Below, piece after piece: positions 10,860 through 20,426 of a stretch of DNA of 64,000 bases (within the stretch, counting starts at the first letter, position 1; each line of letters begins with the position of its first letter). Both the position numbers and the translations under genes were made by a program. Below the pieces are notes generated by a model, which saw nothing but the letters and a program-made list of their open reading frames with translations, was not told the DNA's origin and made no database searches. This stretch comes from a virus. Its lineage: Duplodnaviria; Caudoviricetes. The stretch is from IMG/VR virus record IMGVR_UViG_3300031555_004710, positions 1 to 64,000 of that record. One strand, given 5' to 3'.

Positions 10860-11330
10860 ATGAAATTATACGTTTTAGAAAATCCTGATGGAGGATATTA
10901 TGACACTGCTTTTATAAGTAAAGCAATAGCTGAGAAAATTAGAGAGGTTATAGCTACTTATACTGAATGGGATTTTGAAATTTCTGAATTAGAATTTCCA
11001 GCTATTGGAAAGTATTTGTACTACGTTAAAGGATACTATGGATTTAAATATGACCCTCTAAAATCTCCACCTCTAGAAGACGTTATATCATTAAGCACTG
11101 TATATCCTTCTAAGTATTTAGCTAAAAAAGATAAGATATGGACTGATGCATTATCTAAAGTTAAAGAAACACCAGAGTATTATATAATAAAAGATAGACT
11201 AATTGCAGTTAATGTTGGAACACTTGAAAACGTTCCATTTGCATTTGGAAAATACGAGGAAGGAAACTTTAATATTAAAATTGAAAAGATTAGAATAGAT
11301 ACAAAATCAAAAATAATTAAGAAGAAATAG
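10860..11330 (+). CDS. Early hypothetical protein
   Basis: GAAAGGAG RBS; early motif 10806-10821. Confidence 0.6.
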   Translation: MKLYVLENPDGGYYDTAFISKAIAEKIREVIATYTEWDFEISELEFPAIGKYLYYVKGYYGFKYDPLKSPPLEDVISLSTVYPSKYLAKKDKIWTDALSKVKETPEYYIIKDRLIAVNVGTLENVPFAFGKYEEGNFNIKIEKIRIDTKSKIIKKK

Positions 11331-11447
11331 AATACAATAAAGGTATGTAGATAATGCATACCTTTATTTTTTTTGTATATTTAACATTACTTTCAACAAA
11401 CTCCTTAAATACAATGAATAATTATTAGACGAAAGGAGTTATATCAT

Positions 11448-12290
11448 ATGCCTAATATGTATAATGATAATTATCTTGATTATTATGTAGTAATGGAGCA
11501 AACTTCTCCTGAAAATAATAAAATAGAAATGATTGCAGATGGTACAAAGAATGGTCTTAATTTCTTAAGATTCTCAACATGTTTACAATCATTCAGAGGA
11601 CGTAATAGAAATCGTAGATTGTGGAAAGCTGACCAAGTAAAAGCAATGGTTAATGATAGACCTGTTCAAGAATTACTTGAAAAAGGTTCATTCGTTGGTG
11701 AAGCTGGGCATCCTGTTCCTATGGACGGTAAAGTTACAATTGAAAGAATTCTTACAATAGATCCTCTTAAATGCTCTCATAGAATAATATCATTAAGCTG
11801 GCCTACACCTGATGAAATTCATGGTGTCGTAGAAACACTTGATGAAGGTCCTGGTAGCCCTGGTGATAGATTTATGAGAAATATAATGCAAGGTATAATA
11901 CCTGCATTCTCATTGAGATCACTTGTACCTCAGAGAAAAAATGCCGATGGTTCAACAGACGTTATAGGCCCAGGTAGATGTGTATGTTATGATAGAGTAT
12001 ATTTACCATCTCACCAGGAAGCATATATGAACGTTGAAATTCCTGTAAAGCAAATAGTTACAAAACCTAAATTCGAAACTGTAATGGAATCATATTGTAA
12101 CTTTGTAACTTCTCATTCTGATAAAGTAAGAAGAATTGTAGATGAATTAGAGCCTGCAATGGAATCTGCTTGTTTCGATGAGAAATCACAGATGATGTCA
12201 ATTCCTACAGCAGAAGGTAGAATTTTTGTAGCACCTGAAATGAAATACAGAAAAGAAATTCAGGGTATAATGAACGATTTTAATTTTTAA
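11448..12290 (+). CDS. Prohead (head maturation) serine protease, T4 gp21/phiKZ gp175-like
   Basis: NRNRR, GEAGHP, SHRI, PAFSLRS, YDRV..PSH motifs; C-terminal PAME|S self-cleavage site. Confidence 0.85.
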   Translation: MPNMYNDNYLDYYVVMEQTSPENNKIEMIADGTKNGLNFLRFSTCLQSFRGRNRNRRLWKADQVKAMVNDRPVQELLEKGSFVGEAGHPVPMDGKVTIERILTIDPLKCSHRIISLSWPTPDEIHGVVETLDEGPGSPGDRFMRNIMQGIIPAFSLRSLVPQRKNADGSTDVIGPGRCVCYDRVYLPSHQEAYMNVEIPVKQIVTKPKFETVMESYCNFVTSHSDKVRRIVDELEPAMESACFDEKSQMMSIPTAEGRIFVAPEMKYRKEIQGIMNDFNF

Positions 12291-12392
12291 TTTAAATAAG
12301 ATACTGAGAATATTCTCAGTATCTTCATTTTTGTATCCTAAAAACACCTCATTAAATATCTACAAAAATAATAGAAATGGAGTTGATTTAAT

Positions 12393-13490
12393 ATGAATAA
12401 ATCATATGCTGATGTATTAGAAAGTTATATTATAGAGCCCGCAATTGAATCAGTTGGAATCGTACCTTTAAATCAATCTAGTAAACTAATTCCATCATCA
12501 ATAAATAACATGAAAGACTTAGCTAAATTAGAGCTCATTGCAGATGGTTATAGTAGAAAAATACATGATAGTGTTAAACGTGATGGTGAAATTTTTGTTA
12601 AAAAAATAAAGAAGCAATTAGTTCCAATTACAGAATATGATAATAGTAAATTGGAAAGTAGTGTGCTTACAGAAATACAAAAAATATTAAAATTATATAT
12701 TAGTAGTCAAGAATTTAAAAAATATTGCAGTATTTATACTAATCTAGTAAAATTTAACTATACTAAATCATCACCAGGTTCATATAAATCTAATAATGAA
12801 GAGAAATATTATGGTACTATCAATGCTACAGTATTTGATACAAATAAACAATGGGTATTTGAAGAAAAATGGGAAAAACAATATAAAGATTATATTAATA
12901 AGATAAATAAATTACCAGAAGATGATATTAAAAAATTATATAAAGATAATGAAGGAAATCCATATTGTTTTGGAACTATTGTGAGAGGTTTAAATCCGTA
13001 TAGTTTCAGAATTTTTAACGATATTGAAAGATCAATTGATGATGTTATAAAAAGGTGTTTAAAAATTATTTTCTCTAAAAGTGATGTTAAAATTGATATG
13101 TCTCAAGGTGGTCTTACGGTGCATTATGGAAGTTATAGAGACGGATTATCAAAAGATGCTAAAGAGAAAATGATGAATTTAATTATTAGTGATTTTAAAT
13201 CATCCATGAAAAATTATAATATATCCGAATCTAATAAAACTTATAAAATATCAAAAGATCTTTTTAATGAAGATTACCCACAGATTTCATATGTGTATTA
13301 CGATGAAGATTATAGTGGGGATGGTAGTGATTATGATAATGGATTATCTAAATCCGATATTGATGAAAATAAAAAATTTGAAAAGATTTTATATAAAGTA
13401 TTAAAAGAGTTAGAAACTAAATATCCTAAAGTAATTTTTGATAATGATGGATATCGTGGACATGGAAGTATATGCATTTCAATAAAATAA
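12393..13490 (+). CDS. Leader-family putative head/ejected protein
   Basis: MNKSYADVLESYIIEPAIES; late motif 12343-12354. Confidence 0.6.
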   Translation: MNKSYADVLESYIIEPAIESVGIVPLNQSSKLIPSSINNMKDLAKLELIADGYSRKIHDSVKRDGEIFVKKIKKQLVPITEYDNSKLESSVLTEIQKILKLYISSQEFKKYCSIYTNLVKFNYTKSSPGSYKSNNEEKYYGTINATVFDTNKQWVFEEKWEKQYKDYINKINKLPEDDIKKLYKDNEGNPYCFGTIVRGLNPYSFRIFNDIERSIDDVIKRCLKIIFSKSDVKIDMSQGGLTVHYGSYRDGLSKDAKEKMMNLIISDFKSSMKNYNISESNKTYKISKDLFNEDYPQISYVYYDEDYSGDGSDYDNGLSKSDIDENKKFEKILYKVLKELETKYPKVIFDNDGYRGHGSICISIK

Positions 13491-13537
13491 AAGTTTAAAA
13501 GATAGAACCCACTGGGTTCTATCTTTTATTTATTCAA

Positions 13538-14248
13538 TCAAGTATATATTAAATCAAAATGTATCCAGCCTTTACCTGATTCATCATTCTCTGTAAGATA
13601 ATGCATATATCTATGAGAGACATACATTATCAATACATCAAGTATAGCATTTGTTCCATATCTCCAGTAAAATGAACGTTTACAACACTCGAAAGCACAG
13701 AAGTAGTTTTCATCTATATATTGACCTATTTTAAATTGACTTTTAACCCATTTATTAGTCATTGTATCTGGCGCATAATTTTCTGCCATATCATAAAATT
13801 TTTCATTTCTTTCTTCTTTAGGACAATTATTATATTTTCGACAATATTCATCTATTCCATCATTTACTTCTTTAGTAGCTAAAATTTTTGGCAAAGCCAT
13901 TTTAAGATCTTTACTAACTAAAGCAGCTATACTACTATTTAAAATTTTTTCATCTTTATCTGGAAGAGGATTCAAATTTAACCCAGATTCTTCTAAAGCT
14001 TTTTTACGATTAAATTGTAAATAAATTCTACTCTTTTCAGTAGCTTCTTCTTTTTCTTTTTTACGTTGTAATTCGGCTTTTCTAGCTTTTTCTTTATCAG
14101 CTTTTCTTTTATCTATTGCAGCATACTTATGAGGATTTTTCTTCCTATCCCATTTTTCTAATTTATTTATACCAGACTTTATTTTATCAACAAAGCCTTC
14201 TTCTGCTATCATATATGATTCCAATACATCAGCATATGATTTATTCAT
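13538..14248 (-). CDS. Leader-family putative head/ejected protein
   Basis: MNKSYADVLESYMIAEEG; late motif 14289-14300. Confidence 0.6.
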   Translation of the reverse strand: MNKSYADVLESYMIAEEGFVDKIKSGINKLEKWDRKKNPHKYAAIDKRKADKEKARKAELQRKKEKEEATEKSRIYLQFNRKKALEESGLNLNPLPDKDEKILNSSIAALVSKDLKMALPKILATKEVNDGIDEYCRKYNNCPKEERNEKFYDMAENYAPDTMTNKWVKSQFKIGQYIDENYFCAFECCKRSFYWRYGTNAILDVLIMYVSHRYMHYLTENDESGKGWIHFDLIYT

Positions 14249-14369
14249 TATAAATCAACCTCATTTCTATTTTTTTTTTGTAGATATTTAATGAGGTGTT
14301 TTTTCTACATAAACTATGGACAAATTACATAAAGCTTATTGTAATTAAAATATAAGGATGTGATTTACA

Positions 14370-15419
14370 TTGTTGACAAAATATGAAAATCCTAGTAATA
14401 ATTATGCGGACATATTAGAAAGTTATCTCATTCCCGCAGAAGAGGGATTCTTATTTACTCAAATTACAGAGGAAAATATTAATAAATTAGGAGAAAAACG
14501 TACTTTAATAGTATTTACTACCGATGACTCTTTAAACTTTGGTGGTATTAATCCAAAGAAATATATGAATAAGTATCATTTCTCAAAAGTAATAGATTTC
14601 CCATTATTTAAATATTTATTATTTAGAATTGAGATTACTGATAAATGCCCACATATAGACTCCGATTTAAAAAATCTTTTAGATGACCCAAAAAATGTTT
14701 CAGTATCCGATGATGCTAAAATGGGTGATGTTGTATATGACATACTTACAACATGTGACAAATACTCAAAACTTAAAAATACTTTAGTAGTTGCACATTT
14801 ATCGGATGTAATGAGTTTTAGCTATAAATGTATGAGAGAGTATCCTATCATTATAACACAGGTATCAATGGTTAAATCTACAATGAATAGACTTGCAGGA
14901 AATTCAACTATGAATATAAAACAGATAAGAAACATGTATAGAAACTTTGAAGTATTTGATAAAAATATTCCAAAATCTTTATATATTAAAAATATGAAAT
15001 TTGATTTATTTCATATTTCTCCGAACCCAAATATTAAGGAGCTTACTCCAAGAATAACTGATAAGCCATTAGATTTTGAGAATGTAATTATTAAAAGAAT
15101 TTCTACAGCACCATCAGTTGATGCATGTTTTAGAGCAATAGGACTTAATGGTATTGGTAGAGAAAAAGATAAGAAGCGTACATATTATGTATATAGAATT
15201 GTAGTTGATAAAAATACAAGAATAGTAAAACCTACAACGAATATGGTTCCAGATCAATCATATACAAATGAATATTGGATATTAGATACAGTACCGGTTG
15301 AAATGATAGGATCAATAATAGTATCTATAGATAAAAATAATAATTTTATTTTTGATACTAGTAATATGCCGGAAGACCCATTAATTACGACTAAACATAA
15401 ATATAGATCTAAAAAATAA
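14370..15419 (+). CDS. Leader-family protein with a C-terminal ADP-ribosyltransferase-like domain
   Basis: NYADILESYLIPAEEG; C-terminal FHIS..LTPR..RISTAPS..YVY..VPD..TNEYW pattern resembles an ART fold. Confidence 0.45.
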   Translation: MLTKYENPSNNYADILESYLIPAEEGFLFTQITEENINKLGEKRTLIVFTTDDSLNFGGINPKKYMNKYHFSKVIDFPLFKYLLFRIEITDKCPHIDSDLKNLLDDPKNVSVSDDAKMGDVVYDILTTCDKYSKLKNTLVVAHLSDVMSFSYKCMREYPIIITQVSMVKSTMNRLAGNSTMNIKQIRNMYRNFEVFDKNIPKSLYIKNMKFDLFHISPNPNIKELTPRITDKPLDFENVIIKRISTAPSVDACFRAIGLNGIGREKDKKRTYYVYRIVVDKNTRIVKPTTNMVPDQSYTNEYWILDTVPVEMIGSIIVSIDKNNNFIFDTSNMPEDPLITTKHKYRSKK

Positions 15420-15450
15420 AGAGATACCAAATGGTATCTCTTTATTAATT

Positions 15451-16143
15451 TTAAGAGTATAATACTTCCTGTACAGTGATATGCACATCTTTACAGTATG
15501 CATATAATTCTTTTTCAAGATAATTATTTGAATGATAATTTTTCAAAGTATGTCTAAATACTTTCTTGAGAGTAGATTTAGATGCGTGCTCGTTTATATA
15601 TGTGTGTGCAAGAAGAATTGTAATATCTCTATATATTCTCTGAAATTTATTTAATGAATCAATAAGTTTCTTTTTAAAAGCATCATCCATCTCAACTATT
15701 TCTCCATCAAATTGACGATTACCTCTATTTGCAGCATGATTATAATCTAACAAAGTCGGAAGACATTTACGAAGACCTTCTGCAAGATTTGTAAGAACTT
15801 CATTATTCTTTGTAGCAATAGCTTCTCTAAACTTGGGACCATTAGATTTTACATACTGCTCAGCAGTTAAAAGTTCACTAGTAACTTTACTTAAAAATGA
15901 TAATCCTTTTTCCTTAAATTTCTTAGTAGTTTTTGAATGGGATTCTATAAACACTTCTGCCCATTTAGTCCCAATTACATCCAATTTAATTCCTTTATAA
16001 TCTACAGTTTCAACAACATTTGTACCATAAGTATTACTAATTGAAGTTTTAGGATTTTTATCATCCATAAAGAAACCTTCCGTTGCAATATCCGTAGAAT
16101 TGCAGTGATCTGCAAATGGAATATAATATTGATCAAGATTCAT
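15451..16143 (-). CDS. Divergent leader-family protein
   Basis: Same promoter/RBS DNA cassette as 13538-14248; N-terminus ends in DIATE|G. Confidence 0.5.
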   Translation of the reverse strand: MNLDQYYIPFADHCNSTDIATEGFFMDDKNPKTSISNTYGTNVVETVDYKGIKLDVIGTKWAEVFIESHSKTTKKFKEKGLSFLSKVTSELLTAEQYVKSNGPKFREAIATKNNEVLTNLAEGLRKCLPTLLDYNHAANRGNRQFDGEIVEMDDAFKKKLIDSLNKFQRIYRDITILLAHTYINEHASKSTLKKVFRHTLKNYHSNNYLEKELYAYCKDVHITVQEVLYS

Positions 16144-16251
16144 ATTAAATCAACCTCATTTCGTTTTTTTTTGTAAGTATTTAATGAGGTGTTTTATGAT
16201 ATAAAGGTAATAATAGTAAGTAGTCGAAATTGACTACTTACTATATTTATA

Positions 16252-17427
16252 TTATTTAAGATAGGTTGCAGATGAGTAACCCGTTATTCCTCTATATGTA
16301 ACTTTGTACCATCCAGATTTTAAATCTGATACAGGTACTTTAGTACCTTTAGGAATAGTTGCTAAAGTTCTTCCAAGGATACTTCTATAACTACGAATAC
16401 GTAATGCAGCCGTTGTAGTTTTTGTCATTGTAGTAGGAGCTGATGAAATATTTGAAGATGTAGAATTTATCTTTATATAAGAAGCACTAACCCATCCAGC
16501 AGAAATATTATTTGTTTTTATATAATACCAACTACCAGAAGAATTAGAACCTAAAATTGTAACAACTTCACCTTTCTTTACTTGCCCTATTACAGTATAC
16601 GCTTCATTAGTACCATCACCAATCCTAACATTAAGTGAACTTGCAGTCACAGTTCCCGATTTTGTAGGGGAATACGTGATATCGGGTGCTTTAATAGTCG
16701 TCTGTTTAATTTCTTTAGGACCATATACCATGAAAGCTGTACCTATTGGCCTATGATAATTACTTTGTAATCTATTCACAGTTTTTCCATTTAAATACAA
16801 TTCACTACTTCCACCGCCATCCATATTAACAGCTATCTTACATCCAAGTGCAGTCATTATATCTGACATATGTACAGTTGTTAATCCTGAAGAACCAGTA
16901 CCTCTACCATTTGTTACAACCATTACAATAGTACCGTCATACTTCTGACCAATCATAGTACGAGGATTTCTTGTATACGGGTGACCAAACATTCTGGTCA
17001 ATTCAGCTTTACTATATGTATAATCAACTTTACCATCAACTATTAATGTCCAACCAATACCAATAGCAAAGAAAGCATTACCTTGATAATATGCTAATCT
17101 TTCCTGTGTAGGATTATGTTCAATTGTCATTGTATAATCTTTCCATAAAATTAAAGTTGGATATCCTGGCATTGAAGGAGTATAATATAAACCCTCATCT
17201 ACAAATGTTGAATATGTATCTCCACTCTTACCATTCATATCAAAGAATGAAGCATTCATCTTTGCGATAACTTTTTCATTCTCTTTAGGCTGTCCAGCAA
17301 TATTAGGAATAGTTTCAAGTTTTCCACGTACACCAAGAGTAACGTCCAATCTATATTCCTTAGGATTGAACTCTAGAATATGACAAACTGTAGAATAGTA
17401 GTTTTTAGTATAGTATTTATAACTCAT
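16252..17427 (-). CDS. Phosphodiester glycosidase (NAGPA-like) domain with two SH3b domains
   Basis: NASFF, RNPRTMIG, NMDGGGS; LNVR..GWVSASY and LRIR..GYSSATY SH3b repeats. Confidence 0.8.
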   Translation of the reverse strand: MSYKYYTKNYYSTVCHILEFNPKEYRLDVTLGVRGKLETIPNIAGQPKENEKVIAKMNASFFDMNGKSGDTYSTFVDEGLYYTPSMPGYPTLILWKDYTMTIEHNPTQERLAYYQGNAFFAIGIGWTLIVDGKVDYTYSKAELTRMFGHPYTRNPRTMIGQKYDGTIVMVVTNGRGTGSSGLTTVHMSDIMTALGCKIAVNMDGGGSSELYLNGKTVNRLQSNYHRPIGTAFMVYGPKEIKQTTIKAPDITYSPTKSGTVTASSLNVRIGDGTNEAYTVIGQVKKGEVVTILGSNSSGSWYYIKTNNISAGWVSASYIKINSTSSNISSAPTTMTKTTTAALRIRSYRSILGRTLATIPKGTKVPVSDLKSGWYKVTYRGITGYSSATYLK

Positions 17428-17562
17428 ATTAAAATCTCCTTTCATTATAATATTTTTTCTACATTTGCTAATAATTACTAAAATGTTTTTATGCTGGAAT
17501 ATTCAAAAACAGCCCTTTAATACTTTGAACAAACATTTTTGTATTGTGAGGTGAAGATATAA

Positions 17563-18930
17563 ATGGCTCAAATATTGAATGTTGAAAAACCACAATATAT
17601 CAATCAAGTTATAGATATTTATGCTAAAAATAAAATTGGTCAATATAGTAAGTTTTTAGATAAAGTTCCAACATATGTAACATATTATCATATAAATGAA
17701 GCATTATCTAGAGCAGACGTTGGTACTGGTAATATTGAATCTGAACTTGGTGAAAGAAGTCCAATTAGATTTAATAAAATTACAAATTTTCCAATTTATA
17801 ATATACCAGAACTTAAACCAGATATTGAATACGATGAAACTGGATATGATATAGAATTAGATTGTAATGATTTGGTAATTCTTCCAAATACAATTAAACC
17901 ACGTCCTGGAGATTATTTTATAGTAACCTTTCCAGGAGTTAAAGAATACTTATTCAGAGTAAATAATTTCAGATACAATACAATTCAATCAAATGATTAT
18001 TATACAATTGATGCGGATGTTAAGGATATTGGAGTAGATCTAGAAGATAAAAGAATTAATATTCAAATTGTAGAATCATATTTAACGGTATTTGAAAATA
18101 TAGGGACTCAAGATAAATGTTTTGTCAAAACCACTGACATTGAATATCTTAATGGATTAGCAGATTTATATTATAAACTTAGAGACTATTATAAAAATGC
18201 TTTCTATATAAGAGATTTAAATTGCTTTACATATCAGACAGGTAAATGGTCTGAAACTGGTAGACCTATCTATAGATATGATATGTATCTAGAATCATTT
18301 ATAAATAAATCTCATATCTACTACGATGAAAACTCTGAAGAGAGCTTAATGTTAACTCCTGCAGATGTAGTAGATGGTGATTTTAATTTTACTTTTGATT
18401 TCACTTTATTCAATGCATTACTTGAAAAGAGTTTAGAATTGCTTAGACCGTATTGCTATCTCACAACCAATGTGATTACAATGAGATATAGTATATTTAA
18501 TGTAATGCAATATTTTGGAGAAAGTGTAAAACTGTTTTGTTATAAAAATAAAGTATCAAATAAAAGTTCTAATACTCAATCATCTTGCGGCTCTTGTCCA
18601 AATATTCCAACACAAATTACTGGAGAAACTTGGTATGATTTAAATCCAGTTCCAAATTGTACTCCAACATGGAGCTTAGAGAATGGCATTGAGTATTTTA
18701 ACTCAGATTTTCTAAATATGATATTGAATGGTAGAATTGATACAGATGATTATTTTGAATTAATTATCTTCAACTATCTACGTGATATATCTATGAAAAT
18801 CGATAGAAAAGAAATTATCGACTCTCTTGAAAAAGATGAAAGATGTTTCTATTATTTACCAATGGTAATCTATATTATTGGTACTATGTATAGAAAATAC
18901 TTTGTATCTGAAAAAGAGATAGATGTTTAA
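17563..18930 (+). CDS. Virion structural protein, possible neck/head-closure (T4 gp14-like)
   Basis: Late motif 17508-17519; KPRPGDYF..YLFRVN resembles the gp14-type motif. Confidence 0.45.
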   Translation: MAQILNVEKPQYINQVIDIYAKNKIGQYSKFLDKVPTYVTYYHINEALSRADVGTGNIESELGERSPIRFNKITNFPIYNIPELKPDIEYDETGYDIELDCNDLVILPNTIKPRPGDYFIVTFPGVKEYLFRVNNFRYNTIQSNDYYTIDADVKDIGVDLEDKRINIQIVESYLTVFENIGTQDKCFVKTTDIEYLNGLADLYYKLRDYYKNAFYIRDLNCFTYQTGKWSETGRPIYRYDMYLESFINKSHIYYDENSEESLMLTPADVVDGDFNFTFDFTLFNALLEKSLELLRPYCYLTTNVITMRYSIFNVMQYFGESVKLFCYKNKVSNKSSNTQSSCGSCPNIPTQITGETWYDLNPVPNCTPTWSLENGIEYFNSDFLNMILNGRIDTDDYFELIIFNYLRDISMKIDRKEIIDSLEKDERCFYYLPMVIYIIGTMYRKYFVSEKEIDV

Positions 18931-18947
18931 TTTAAGGAGGTAAACTT

Positions 18948-19814
18948 ATGTTTATTTTAGCATTAGACCCTGGTCATGGTATTAATACAGCTGGTAAAAG
19001 ATGCGACAAACGCATCGACCCAAATGAAACCAGAGAATGGGTATTAAATAGTAGAATTTGTAATTACATTGAAAGCTATTTAAAAGACTATACTGGTTAT
19101 AGCTTATTTAGAGTTGATGATATTACTGGTAAGAACGATATTGCACTTGCAACTAGAGTGAAAATGGCTAACAATAAGGGAGCTAGTTTCTATTTAAGTG
19201 TACATGCAAATGCGGGAATCGATGGAGGTTCTGGTGGCGGTATAATGTCATTCTCTTACAATAATTCTAAAACAGAAAGTCCTGAATGGAGAGATGAATT
19301 ATACGATGCATTGATAAAACATACAGGCCTTAAAGGAGATCGTTCCGATCCTACAACTACAGCTAATTTCTATGTATTGAGAAATACTAAAATGCCTGCA
19401 GTTCTTCTTGAATTGGGGTACATGGATAGTAAAACTGACGTTCCTGTAATTCTTACAGAAGATTTTGCTAAGAAGTGTGCTAAAGCTATAGTTGAAGTTA
19501 TAGTTAGACGTGGCAACCTTAAGAAAAAAGCTACATCTACAACAACTACCACAAATACAAAGACTCCTGGAGCTACAATTAGTAGTGCTCCTTATAGAGT
19601 GCAGGTAGGGGCTTATAAAAATAAAGCAAATGCTATTAATCTTCAGGGAGAACTTAAGAAATTAGGTTATTCTACAATTATAAAATCTGAAAAAGATGCT
19701 AAAGGAGTTACTTTATATAAAGTACAGGTAGGTGCTTATAAAAATAAAGCAAATGCTATTAAAACTCAGGTTGCTTTAAAATCTTTAGGTTATAATTCAA
19801 TTATAAAAGTATGA
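18948..19814 (+). CDS. N-acetylmuramoyl-L-alanine amidase (Amidase_3) with two SPOR domains; probable endolysin
   Basis: LDPGHG, E, SVHAN, PAVLLELGY; two YRVQVGAYKNKANA repeats. Confidence 0.9.
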   Translation: MFILALDPGHGINTAGKRCDKRIDPNETREWVLNSRICNYIESYLKDYTGYSLFRVDDITGKNDIALATRVKMANNKGASFYLSVHANAGIDGGSGGGIMSFSYNNSKTESPEWRDELYDALIKHTGLKGDRSDPTTTANFYVLRNTKMPAVLLELGYMDSKTDVPVILTEDFAKKCAKAIVEVIVRRGNLKKKATSTTTTTNTKTPGATISSAPYRVQVGAYKNKANAINLQGELKKLGYSTIIKSEKDAKGVTLYKVQVGAYKNKANAIKTQVALKSLGYNSIIKV

Positions 19815-19936
19815 TAAAAAAATAAAAGTCCCATATAATATATTATATGGGACTTTATTTATAAATTTAAAAACAACCACTGTAAATATGTAAATAAAAC
19901 GAATTTTTTGTTATCCTTTGAAAGGGGGATTATAAA

Positions 19937-20383
19937 ATGTCTTTATTAGATGGACTTAAAGAAGCAATGGCTAATCCAATTTTCGATTCAGTTACAGAAT
20001 CAGATATTGATGCTGAATTAGATTTTGAATTTGCTCTTGAAGCTGCAGTTGATAAACACATTGAACTTAGCGATGATGATATTAATGCTATCATGGATGA
20101 TAATAATCCTGATAATATAGTTGCTGATATAACTTCTAAAGATGAGAATATTGCAAAAATTGCAGATGATGCAGTTGAAGATGATTTTAAAGCTTTAGAA
20201 TCAGCATTAGATGAATTATTAGCAATTGAAAGTGAACAACCTGAAGATGACGATCCTTCTGATGATCCTGAATCACTTGAAGGTTGCAGCTCAAAAGCTT
20301 GTGAAAATGATGATGAAACAGAAGAATCTGATGATGATTACGTATCACTTGATTCTTTACTTGATTCAGTTTTTAATCAATAA
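19937..20383 (+). CDS. Highly acidic scaffold-like head protein
   Basis: Multiple A-x-E|[AS] sites (FALEA, KALES, LAIES). Confidence 0.45.
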   Translation: MSLLDGLKEAMANPIFDSVTESDIDAELDFEFALEAAVDKHIELSDDDINAIMDDNNPDNIVADITSKDENIAKIADDAVEDDFKALESALDELLAIESEQPEDDDPSDDPESLEGCSSKACENDDETEESDDDYVSLDSLLDSVFNQ

Positions 20384-20426
20384 TTAATATATAGAACTAG
20401 AGTAATCTAGTTCTATATATTTTTTG

